Positions 9,401 to 18,686 of a stretch of DNA of 35,003 nucleotides are shown one piece after another. The notes beneath the pieces were generated by a model, which was not told where the DNA came from, made no database searches, and was given only the letters and a program-made list of their open reading frames with translations. The stretch covers positions 1 through 35,003 of the forward strand of contig JYFJ02004071.1 of assembly GCA_000934665.2 (NCBI GenBank). The letters are read 5' to 3'. Source of the DNA: Catajapyx aquilonaris. Its lineage: Eukaryota. The position numbers and the translations under genes are program-made. The first letter of the stretch is position 1. Each line of letters opens with the position of its first letter.

Positions 9401-12400
9401 AGCACCCAATGAAATGAGCCCTATTTCCTGCGAGAACTGCGCAAAACTGGGGTTAGCCAGAAGGGGCATGTGACCCAGCAGCTCATGGCAGCAGTCACTG
9501 GAATTAGAAAACTAATATAGACCCTCACTCTTCAATGCCAAATTTTGATATTAATTATACACGTTTTCTACTGAATAAGAGACCAGTAATGGAACAGGTA
9601 GGTCCAATGTATTTTCATGTCTAATTTATTCGTTATAAAAACAACAGCACCTAGTTGGGTCCTAACCACAATGACCGAAATATGAAGCCCCAGCAAGCTT
9701 AACAGGATACTTACGGTTCAGGAGTGTAGAATGGATCCGAACTGTGTCGAATGTACTGAGTGCAATGGAACACTCTGAATGCTAGTCCGGCCAGAAAATC
9801 CCTTGGTGATAAATACCCAGCTACAGGTCGCAGATGGAACCCAGTCTTACGCTTCAGATATTTGCTCACATCCTCCAGTTGAGGTACGTTGTCCTCCCTA
9901 AAGAGAGTACACTATTCCTGTGGCAATATTTGTACAGATTTTGGGTGCTTATAGTCGACCCAAGAGTATGATTTTCCAGAAGTGGGATGTAAAAATCCGG
10001 ATTTAGCTTGGGCTGGGTCTAATCCAACTGGGATTGCAGAGTTGTAGTGATGATTATAAATCTGGGAAGTCTTAAGAGCATAGGATGGGTTTAATCCAGG
10101 AAATCCTCAAGAAGGTCTAGCAGGATTAAATTCTATAAGAAATAGGGTGCTTGTCTACAGTATAATTGGCGCACTTGAAACATACCTGTACCCGCAGCAC
10201 TGAACCAACTGCGGCCAATTTTCAAGGTACTCTCTGCAAGCATGGCTCGGGTACAATTTGTGTAGTGTTTTGAACACTGTGCCCCAGGTTTTGACCTCTT
10301 CGGAAGTGTATTCCACTCTTGGGATGGGCTGACCGCTGACGAAATGAAATTAGCCAAAAGTTAAAAACAGCTGATTGAACTCCATAATCTCATATAACTA
10401 GGCACTTACTATTTATAGGACATGGCCAAATCAAAGAAGTACTTCCTCCTCTTGCGATAAACTGGGTCTTTGAAGCCCTGACACAAGTAAAAAAAAATGC
10501 ATACATACTATACAGCATACAGAAGTCTGAGATTATTTAATAGTGACGTCGTTTCGTCGTATAAAACCATTCAAGTCTCAATCATTGAACAAGTGGGTTA
10601 GCGGGATTAGCCTTACTTCAAAATAATATTACTTCCGAAGTTGTGGCATTTGCGGGATGTCAAGTAGTGTTATAATTAGTGCCTCTCGCAGTGTGGCTTT
10701 TGAATAGCGTCACTAATGATCTCATTGAAATTTGTCTTATAACAAGGGTAACAAGCAGATAACAGAAAGCGGGGGAGGTGCAGATGGCCGAGATGGTAAC
10801 GTCTCGGCTTGCTGAGTGAAAGGCCCCAAGTTAGATCCTCGCCTGGGGAGTTCCCTTTCACCTGCGTCAGGAGGGCCTCTGACCTTCACCTTGGAGGTGT
10901 CTGGCAACCTAACCTCCTGGGGGACTGCACATGACCCATTTGTAGACATTGCACTTGCACATATGTTCCCTCCCCCAAAAAATCCCTACCCCTACCCTAC
11001 ATCCTTGACTCCTTGCACCGGAGAATAAAGTTAATATAGAAAAATGGAGTTAAATGGTGGTATTCCACCCCCCCTGAAAAGGCCTAGACGGCCTACCGGG
11101 GTAAACAGCAGAAAAGAAGAAGAAGAAGAAGAAGAAGGATATTATTTTGATTTCTCTGCCTTCATGAAACAAAGCGTTACAGAAAACTCAGTATAGAACC
11201 TCCCTGAATGTATCATTAGCGTGTTATTCCCTCGTTATTTCTTTTAACAAACTAATTACAACAACTTATGTCGGTTTCATGACTAGGGAGCTCTACCCCA
11301 CATTCAAAATTAATTCATAATACAGTATCTATATTTCCTATGGAAAAAATTAATTTTGACTGGGATGTCACCGGACAACACCCGGAGTCCCCCCAATGCA
11401 AGGGTCCTATGACCGCCTATGACCTATGTCAAGGTGATTCATTTCCGGAGGCTGCCTCGTACAATACGGTACATTTAGAGGCGCGGCATCTTCTGTGGAC
11501 ATGGAGTTCAAGAGTACTTACGGGATGATCCGCGTCCAATTCGGAGCCATACATTAGGACTTTCTGACTATGATCCAAGTCGGAGATCTTGCGAGGAAAC
11601 CAGGGCATGTCCCCGAAGTCTTGACATGTAAAAGAGAAGAACGTCAAACATATGACATCATCATTATTGTCGTCGTCGTCGTTGCTGTTGTTGTTAAATT
11701 AACCATTCAGCGCATAGCAGAGAACATTCGCATCACCGAAAGTAGAAACGTTTCTGACCCATCCGGGGATGGAACATCAGAAGTGGACGCCCTCGGGATC
11801 ACTGTTCTGCCTTATATTGACTTTCGATATGCAGCACAATACTGGACATGCTACATTGTGTGAGAATCTGTTGTGTTCTGAATAATTGATTATTTACCGG
11901 TATGCCTGTCAGAATGACACATCGGCTGGCAGGTGGCTGACGTGACCATATAGGTTACTCGAGATCCTAAAATAGGTTTACTTACCTTATGGAATGATCC
12001 ACAACTGGTGATTTGCTAGTCAATGAAATAATTACCTACCAATCCGAGGATTTATGGGATTATTAACGTAATATAAAGAGCAGATACTGTACTGTACTAC
12101 ACCTTCTTTAGCAGACATTTTCCCAGAAAACAAATCTGTCACGATCATTTGCCACAACTAGTCTGCCGTGTCGGCAGCCCAACTTTGATCCACGATTTAT
12201 CAAGGAAGCCATGTGACAACAGATTTATTGTTGGTTGTAAAAATCAACGCAATACTTTTGTCGGCATGTAAGGCGATGAAGATATATGTATAGTGATTGT
12301 TACCAAAGCTGCTTGCTGAGGAGAGTGGCGTGGGTGGAGGGAGGTCTTCTCCTTTGTCGAAATCAGCCAGGTTGATGCAAGCCACTTCCCTATTCAAGCT

Positions 12401-15400
12401 CTTTGTCAACTCCTCCATCCGACGGTTGTCACATTCCACGTCCACCATAATTTCATATTCGCTCTGACGACGTTTCGACCTACGTGATTCGATGTGCATC
12501 ACGTTCACGCCCTTGTCCTGCGGGGAGTAGAATATATTCATTATTGCAGTAGCTGGATATAGAGTGGGTCTGCATTATGTCATCAACCGATTCAACCCTA
12601 TAATTATATTCCAGGATAAGTGAAAAGTACCTTTCCTATCTTATTCTTTTATTTAATTGAAGGGCTTGGAGACTTATGCTATTAGACATGAAAAGTATAG
12701 AGTCGAAGATACTCGTAGATCATGATGAATGTCTGAAAAAGTTACGGCTGTTTGGAGTGACTTGGGAAGAAGTCCAGCCGATAAGTGCGACAGCTTCGGG
12801 CTTATACACGTTAGTAGGGTAGAACGTATAAAATAATCAGGTTACTTTTTAAGGGTGTCAATTGTTGAATTTTTGACCGCGCATCTGAACTACAAGGTGT
12901 ATAAAACCTCTTTTATCATATTATGTGATTCGTGCCAGAATGTCACAAATCGGTTCATGGAAACCCACGTACTGTACTCGTATTTAGGGAATCTTGTAGT
13001 ACTTAACGATTTGTGATGTGACTAGCACGAAACACATCACATGAAAATATAGATTTTCGACACCTTGTGGGTTACTTTTGTGGACATTCATCGGGATCCG
13101 ATATGGACTATAAGGCGCTCTAAGGCTTACTTGGAATATTTGGACAGTTTAACTATACAGGGTAATCGAAAAAGAATGCGCGGATTCTGAAACCCTATAA
13201 CTTTAAAACTTGTAGACATAAGTTATCTAAATGATTTAAGTTTTTAAATGCTAAGAAATGTTTTGGTCTCACCTTAGTTTGTTTCGATATGAGCTTCATT
13301 TGAAGCTCGGCAGATTTAAAAGGCGGTAATCGGTCTCGTGCCAAACCCGCTCAAACATATCTGGAGTTACCGTTGCAATCCTATCCCGTAGGTGCTGGAT
13401 GGCTCGGATCTTTACACCACACACATTGTTCTTGATGAGGCACATAAAATGTCGCCTCAACCATGAAACAAACCTGCTGTAGGAAAGTTTCATTTGTTCA
13501 GTCTCCCAGTGTGCGAAGTCTTGAATGAGACGCCCCCCCCCCCTCCCTCCCCCAGAAACCCAGATTTTACCCCGATTGACTTTTTGTGAAGATACATGTA
13601 TGGTGAAAAAATTCGGCCTGCGGGATAAGGTTGTAACGGTAACGCCATTACCATATTAACATTTGTCGAGCGACAAATGGAGCTCACATATGAACAGTAA
13701 GCTAAGACCAACACTTTAGCGGACATTTCGTATCATTTCTAAATTTAAATGATTCAGACATGTCGACAACTTTTCGAGTTATAGAGTTTTCAAATCTGCT
13801 GCGCATTCTTTTTCGATCACCCTGTATTTCTTACACCTGCATGGCTTAAGTCTCATAATTGTGCTGAGTCAATATGAATTCTTCACTAGTCCGTATTGTG
13901 CTTGACTAAATTTATTGTTGCTGCTTAAAGTAAATGATAATTCCACTTAAAGCTGTGCTCAGTCTTAGGCTACACTGATGTGACAATATGAAAATTATAA
14001 TTCCCTACAGTGATTTCAGTGCAAGCGATGCCATTACGACAAGCGAGATATCGAGTGACTCGGTTATAGCCTGGGTTTACGTTATAGCGTATTCTGCAAT
14101 GAAGTGCAGTAATTAACAACATAACTTTTTTAATGCAGCTTTTGCAATGCGACCATCCTATAAAGCACAAAAATTCTTCACCACCAGTTGGGAATATTAT
14201 ATATGATATATAATACAATTATATTATGATATATACAGTATAATATAAGTATATGATATAATATATCATCATATTATGATGATATAAGATATATATCTGA
14301 TATTTGATTACATATGATATATGATGATGTTCCTCTTATATTACTACATCGTTTAACCGTGCGTGAGCAACTTATCTGTTCTTACGTACTGTACAGTACA
14401 TCACCACACATTGGACGACCGATGCAATATTACAAAAAATTTCAAAGCCGCCACAGGGCACTTATCGGAAGCAAAATTATCATAGTCATAGGTAAGCATG
14501 GCGAAACCTATTGCCAAACTTTCATGGACCATTATTTTATTTGGTACAACTTCGTGGGCCTTACGCTAAATGCCATGAAAGAGTACCTTACTTCATGAGA
14601 ACGATAAATATTATTTTCGGCCTAATATTCGTCCAATCCGCGTCCTTTTCATCGGCAATCTTGCTTCATACGCATGTAGCTACTTGAATAAGAAATCTCC
14701 GTTAACGAATCTGAACTGAACGACAGTCAAATTTTACGCGTGTAAAATATAACGAGGCTACTTTTTCTGCCTTAAATTCGATCACTTCCAGGCTCCATTA
14801 CGACACAGGATATCGGGAAACGCCAGATCCTCATTTGTAGGACGAAAATGTAAGCTTATGCAACTAATAATCTTACAATTTGGAGCTGAAGCTTTAACAG
14901 ATATGCCTAATACTTGCTAATACCTTGTTTACTTACATGCAAGCATGTTTTCACAAAATTCAGTGCGACCACCTGTTCTCCTGATCATTTTTTTGATTGA
15001 CAATAGTTACTACAATAGGATGTGACATCTGCAGTATGCATATGTCAAGGTCTATTTTAGTTTTTAATTTCTAAAATTCGCATGTTCAGCACGAAGTACA
15101 AAAGCCCATGCTGAAGTAGCGTTGATTCAGATTCCGCGGTGATGCAAAATGTAAAAATAGAATTCACCGCAAACAGTGAGCACAGCAGGCTTCCTGTGCA
15201 AATGTCTATGAAAATTGCCTAATATCCTATGTAAACATCACAAAGATTTTCGCTTTCTTTCTAAAGAAGTGAAGTCGGAGGCGGTGGGAAATAACCAATT
15301 TCCCAGCTCCGTCTCTCTGGAACACTTGTTGATACTTTCAATTACGTTTCAAAGCTGATTGGGCATTCGATCAGCTATGATTATCATAAGCGTACAATGC

Positions 15401-15705
15401 GCGCAATATTTGAAACGACAAAAAACACCCCTCCTTCGAGGATGCAAGACTCACCTGAAACACCTGAAGAGCCCGAGCCAATCCACCCACTTGATTCTTC
15501 AGCGAAAACACCACGCAGTTATGTGTGTTTCCTTCCGGCTGGCTAACCGGAGGCTTCTGAAACACAGTACACATGGAAACACATATCCGAGTAGAAAGTC
15601 GGTACCATTACGTACCGGAGGAGCAGCAGCCGAATCCTTGAGTGTCCATTGTTCACCTGCCCTGTAGAGCCAAAGCCCAATCAGACCTTTGCCAGAACCG
15701 CTCAT
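6244..15705 (-). CDS. Trh: Tryptophan 5-hydroxylase, complete 10-exon gene, 499 aa
   Basis: complement(join(6244-6481,8363-8592,9371-9497,9715-9897,10186-10335,10410-10477,11522-11619,12304-12517,15455-15556,15616-15705)) = 1500 nt, all GT-AG and phase-consistent. ACT domain ([16 protein letters not shown]...HIESR), iron ligands HELLGH and VEFGL, TPH-type [13 protein letters not shown] and CYFFTVEFG. Confidence 0.97.
6648..7354. mobile_element. Long-TIR foldback element, Tc4/Tc5-like
   Basis: Near-identical inverted arms 6648-6959 and 7044-7354 with an 84-bp spacer; termini CAAGGGAACGGT / ACCGTTCCCTTG; TCA TSD at 6645-6647 and 7355-7357 (CTCAG target). Confidence 0.9.
7479..7902. mobile_element. 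Tc1/mariner-type MITE
   Basis: TA|CAGGGTGTATCTGAACTCAGTGCCCC...GGGGCACTGAGTTCAGATACACCCTG|TA; TIRs of about 110 bp. Confidence 0.9.
8363..8592 (-). CDS. Trh: Trh exon 9
   Basis: [34 protein letters not shown]...FEEAKEKIR; cag acceptor, gtatgg donor. Confidence 0.96.
9371..9497 (-). CDS. Trh: Trh exon 8 (iron-binding histidines)
   Basis: [42 protein letters not shown]; ccag acceptor, gtaagt donor. Confidence 0.96.
9715..9897 (-). CDS. Trh: Trh exon 7
   Basis: [61 protein letters not shown]; tttag acceptor, gtaagt donor. Confidence 0.96.
10186..10335 (-). CDS. Trh: Trh exon 6
   Basis: [50 protein letters not shown]; cag acceptor, gtatgt donor. Confidence 0.95.
10410..10477 (-). CDS. Trh: Trh exon 5
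   Basis: [23 protein letters not shown]; cag acceptor, gtaagt donor. Confidence 0.95.
10771..11136 (+). mobile_element. tRNA-derived SINE (family B), copy 1, (GAA)n tail
   Basis: A box TGGCCGAGATGG (10785-10796), decayed B box AGTTAGATCC, (GAA)n tail ending at 11136; homologous to 28879-29207. Confidence 0.85.
11522..11619 (-). CDS. Trh: Trh exon 4
   Basis: [33 protein letters not shown]; aag acceptor, gtaagt donor. Confidence 0.93.
12304..12517 (-). CDS. Trh: Trh exon 3 (ACT domain)
   Basis: [30 protein letters not shown]...SASSF; cag acceptor, gtaac donor. Confidence 0.94.
12892..13068. repeat. Degenerate inverted repeat (old MITE)
   Basis: ACAAGGTGT...ACACCTTGT ends; TTCGTGC/GCACGAA and TCACAAATCG/CGATTTGTGA internal pairs. 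Confidence 0.55.
13158..13824. mobile_element. Tc1/mariner-derived foldback built from two transposase 3' ends
   Basis: TA|CAGGGTAATCGAAAAAGAATGCG...CGCATTCTTTTTCGATCACCCTG|TA; the minus strand encodes ...[24 protein letters not shown] and a later AHIE-like motif; the plus strand encodes PDFTPIDFL and a GAHI-like motif running toward the right end. Confidence 0.8.
14195..14327. repeat. AT-rich low-complexity (ATATG-like) tract
   Basis: Repeated ATATGATATA units. Confidence 0.7.
15455..15556 (-). CDS. Trh: Trh exon 2
   Basis: [34 protein letters not shown]; tttcag acceptor, gtgagt donor. Confidence 0.93.
15616..15705 (-). CDS. Trh: Trh exon 1 (start)
   Basis: [30 protein letters not shown], an arthropod Trh-like N-terminus; gtacgt donor and a 59-nt intron in phase with exon 2. 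Confidence 0.88.
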
Positions 15706-16177
15706 GTTGACGATGGATATGTAGAGTGTACTCGGGTACGACTGGAGACTGCCTTTTCACCCTCCCGTAACTGCCTTCATCAAAGTTTTTGTTCCTGATG
15801 CCGAAGAACAAGTCGCTGCTGGGATTGGTCCGAATGATGGGCTTGCGTGCCCGATTGGCCCATTGCAACAGGTGATTTGAAACGGGAACGGCGCAGGATG
15901 CTAGACTTTTCTCCGGATTTTTTTGCAATATTGCTAAAAATATATGGACGTGCGAAGGAAGTGATTAATGTTGGGTGGTATGCTCTCTAGATGGTTGCTA
16001 CCCATTTGCTAATTCCCCTGGATCATTTGTCCCCCAGGATCTGAGACGCAGACCTTGCATTTTTTTTTTCTTCCTGGCGGGAGAGGGGGTTGCGGGGGAG
16101 CAACTCATCTCTTATGTCTTAGTGCATAATGATCAGGACAGAATTTCAACATAACTCTTCCAAAATGAGATTTTGTT

Positions 16178-16388
16178 ACGTGGCTTGTGTCACGGAAGTT
16201 GTGTTGGACTTCCATAGCAAGGATACTTGTTCTTCAACTCCCAGAAAAAAATATCGGTTGAAAGTGATAGGTAGAGGGGCAGTAAATCCGATGACAACCG
16301 AATTTTTCTAGGAGTTGAAGGAGGAGTATCTCAGGAAGTATCCTTGCCACATTGAAGTCCAACACAGCTTCCGGGACACAAGTCATGT
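16178..16388. mobile_element. Hairpin MITE upstream of Trh
   Basis: ACGTGGCTTGTGTCACGGAAGTTGTGTTGGACTTC pairs with GAAGTCCAACACAGCTTCCGGGACACAAGTCATGT, with further inner pairing. Confidence 0.75.
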
Positions 16389-16533
16389 TAATTGAATTAA
16401 TGGTACACAGCGTTGTTCGTACATCTGTTTTGATTTTTGACCGGGGGGNNGCGCACCGAGTAGTATCGCGACCCAGGCTATCGGCATCTGAAAAATCCTT
16501 ACTTGACATGCACAAAATATAAGTTGTCAGCTC

Positions 16534-16773
16534 CAGGGTAACCTCCATGAGTGCCTCCCCCACCTAGACAGGGTATTGTCTCTCCGACATATTGGACCTA
16601 AATCACATTGGATCTGCATGCAGTGAAAAAATGTCATTGACAAAAAAAAATTGACGCTTGCCAATTTCCTATCCAGCAGCATGCAATCTAGGTCCAATAT
16701 GGACGCCCCATAAGGACTACGTGGAGACAATACCCTGGTTAGGGTGGGGGAGGCAACCATGTAGGGGACCCTG
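16534..16773. mobile_element. hAT-type MITE
   Basis: CAGGGT...ACCCTG termini, imperfect TIRs of about 50 bp, exact 8-bp TSD GTCAGCTC (16526-16533, 16774-16781). Confidence 0.9.
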
Positions 16774-17439
16774 GTCAGCTCCTACTTGACGCCGCCAAAT
16801 ACTTAATATACCAATGTGAAAAATGAGCGAACAAAAAAAAAAATGCGACAGTATTACGTCCCTTGTGAATTGCTACTAGGCCATTAGCCTTTTTGCTTGT
16901 GACCTTTGTAGTAGGACATAACATTTTATAGCGGTACTTGAGCAGTGGACTTCTCATATCAAATATTGGCCAAGTCTTATCAGGTTTGCCTAAGCTACCT
17001 CTGCTGATGACACAGGATGCGGCAAACTCCAATTATATGTACTACGTTGACAACAAAATAAAAGTGAACTAATGCGGAATCACATTTATCATGATTCAAA
17101 CACATATATGCGACATATTAGCTGCATATTGCCTATTATACACTATTTATTGAGTTTTTAGTGATAGACTACACGGTTATGCGTGGCCTGCCCTTTAATT
17201 AGCCTTTACTAGACACTCTAAATGATGAAACCGAGGTTTTCTTGCGGTTATTGCTCGTACCTGCAGCTTTCACTAAGTTTGCGCAATTTATTAGCTTGCT
17301 CCTTGCTTCAGGTCCGAAATTGTCAACCAATAAACTGATCTGTCTCCAGGAATCGATGACGATTCAATCTCCCGATGCCTCCAATTTGGATATGGCCGTA
17401 AATGGCAAGTCAGGCCTCCATTTAAGTATCATCGTAAGG

Positions 17440-17447
17440 TGACGTCA
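17440..17447. promoter_or_regulatory. Perfect CRE/ATF palindrome TGACGTCA
   Basis: Exact match in the Trh-JIP1 divergent intergenic region; function inferred. Confidence 0.5.
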
Positions 17448-17661
17448 CGGGCGCGGTTTAACACAAGCAGCACATCAAAGCCTTGCGGGAGTCTCATTCT
17501 CCCAATTCCCCAGAGTATCCCTTCTCGTGTCAATTACCAGCACTTGTCTGGATAAGAGAGCCTCATGTAAATGCGAGCGACTCCTAGAGATTCATTGCCT
17601 CCAGAGCTTTCCTGGGGCCAAACACGAATATTTCCTCTGGTAGTGGGGGAAAACCCAACAG

Positions 17662-17694
17662 CCAATGGGCTGGCCGTATCATGCTCTGACGTCA
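17662..17694. promoter_or_regulatory. CCAAT box plus second perfect CRE
   Basis: CCAAT at 17662-17666, TGACGTCA at 17687-17694; nearby CCGCCC boxes (about 17737 and 17870) and Inr-like TCAGTC at 17945-17950. Confidence 0.5.
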
Positions 17695-18603
17695 TTTGCC
17701 TCACTTCTATCAGTTGATTTTTCTTTTCTATTTTTTCCGCCCCCGTGAAGCGCCCCCAGGTGGAACTGCGTCGAGGTGTTGAAAAGCAGGTGTGATATAG
17801 CAGAATGCGAGGCTAATGATATTCTCGAGTGAAGTCGACCCAAACGAAGCCATTCACATGGAATTAGCACCGCCCGCCCCAAGTCCTCAGATAATAATCG
17901 TACCTTCGATGCCAGTTTTGGCGACTTCAAGTCGAGTTCGTGTTTCAGTCAGGAGAGATATACCTCGTCAGACTACCTAAACTCACATTTTCAGATTCTA
18001 ATTTGGAGACATTTCAGCAGATTGTCGACTGTCCGAAAGCCAAAAATTGTGCCTCATCGTAGAACTGGGTGAAAAAATGTTCTTATTCTCACACTCTTAT
18101 CTTATCGCACATTGAACCCTCGGGCTTTGAATTCTAATTACCCCAGCCAGATCTGGAATAATTAGCTTACGTACATGCTTTAAAAGTCATGCTGAATATA
18201 CAGTACCAGCAAAATGGCCCAGGTTGATAAATATTTAACGTTTTTGATCACCACCAGTCAAATTGGTATTAATTAATAGTCCCAGAAACAGACAGTTGCG
18301 ATGTGAATATATTGTAGAAGCCACTCCTAATAAATAGAGGCTTATAGACGCAGTATGAAGGCTGCATTCCACACATGTGATGAGCATTTTCAGATTGGAA
18401 TGCGATCGGAGCATGCACTGACATCAGAGTGTATACCTGTGTAGTGTGTGTACTGCACAGTACCTACTAAGGTAAGGATCGATACCTCCTTTTGCGCAAA
18501 AGCAACGGGTTCGGTCCACGAGTCATGTGTTCGCTCAATAGGAAGAATCAATAGCGGGGTCTTGCTTTCTGTAGTCCTTGGGGCTGTTCCACAGCCCCGA
18601 AAC

Positions 18604-18686
18604 ATGGCTGACACGGAATTCGAGGAGTTCAAGCAATATTTCGACAAGCTTCCTCAGTACATCAAGGCTCCAGTCCATAGCTACAC
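18604..18686 (+). CDS. Aplip1: JIP1 exon 1
   Basis: [27 protein letters not shown]; gtgagt donor. Confidence 0.92.

Noticed and set aside
6244..15705. Phenylalanine or tyrosine hydroxylase identity
   Set aside because: YFFTVEFG (Phe where PAH and TH have Trp), GYLSPRDFL and [13 protein letters not shown] are TPH-type.
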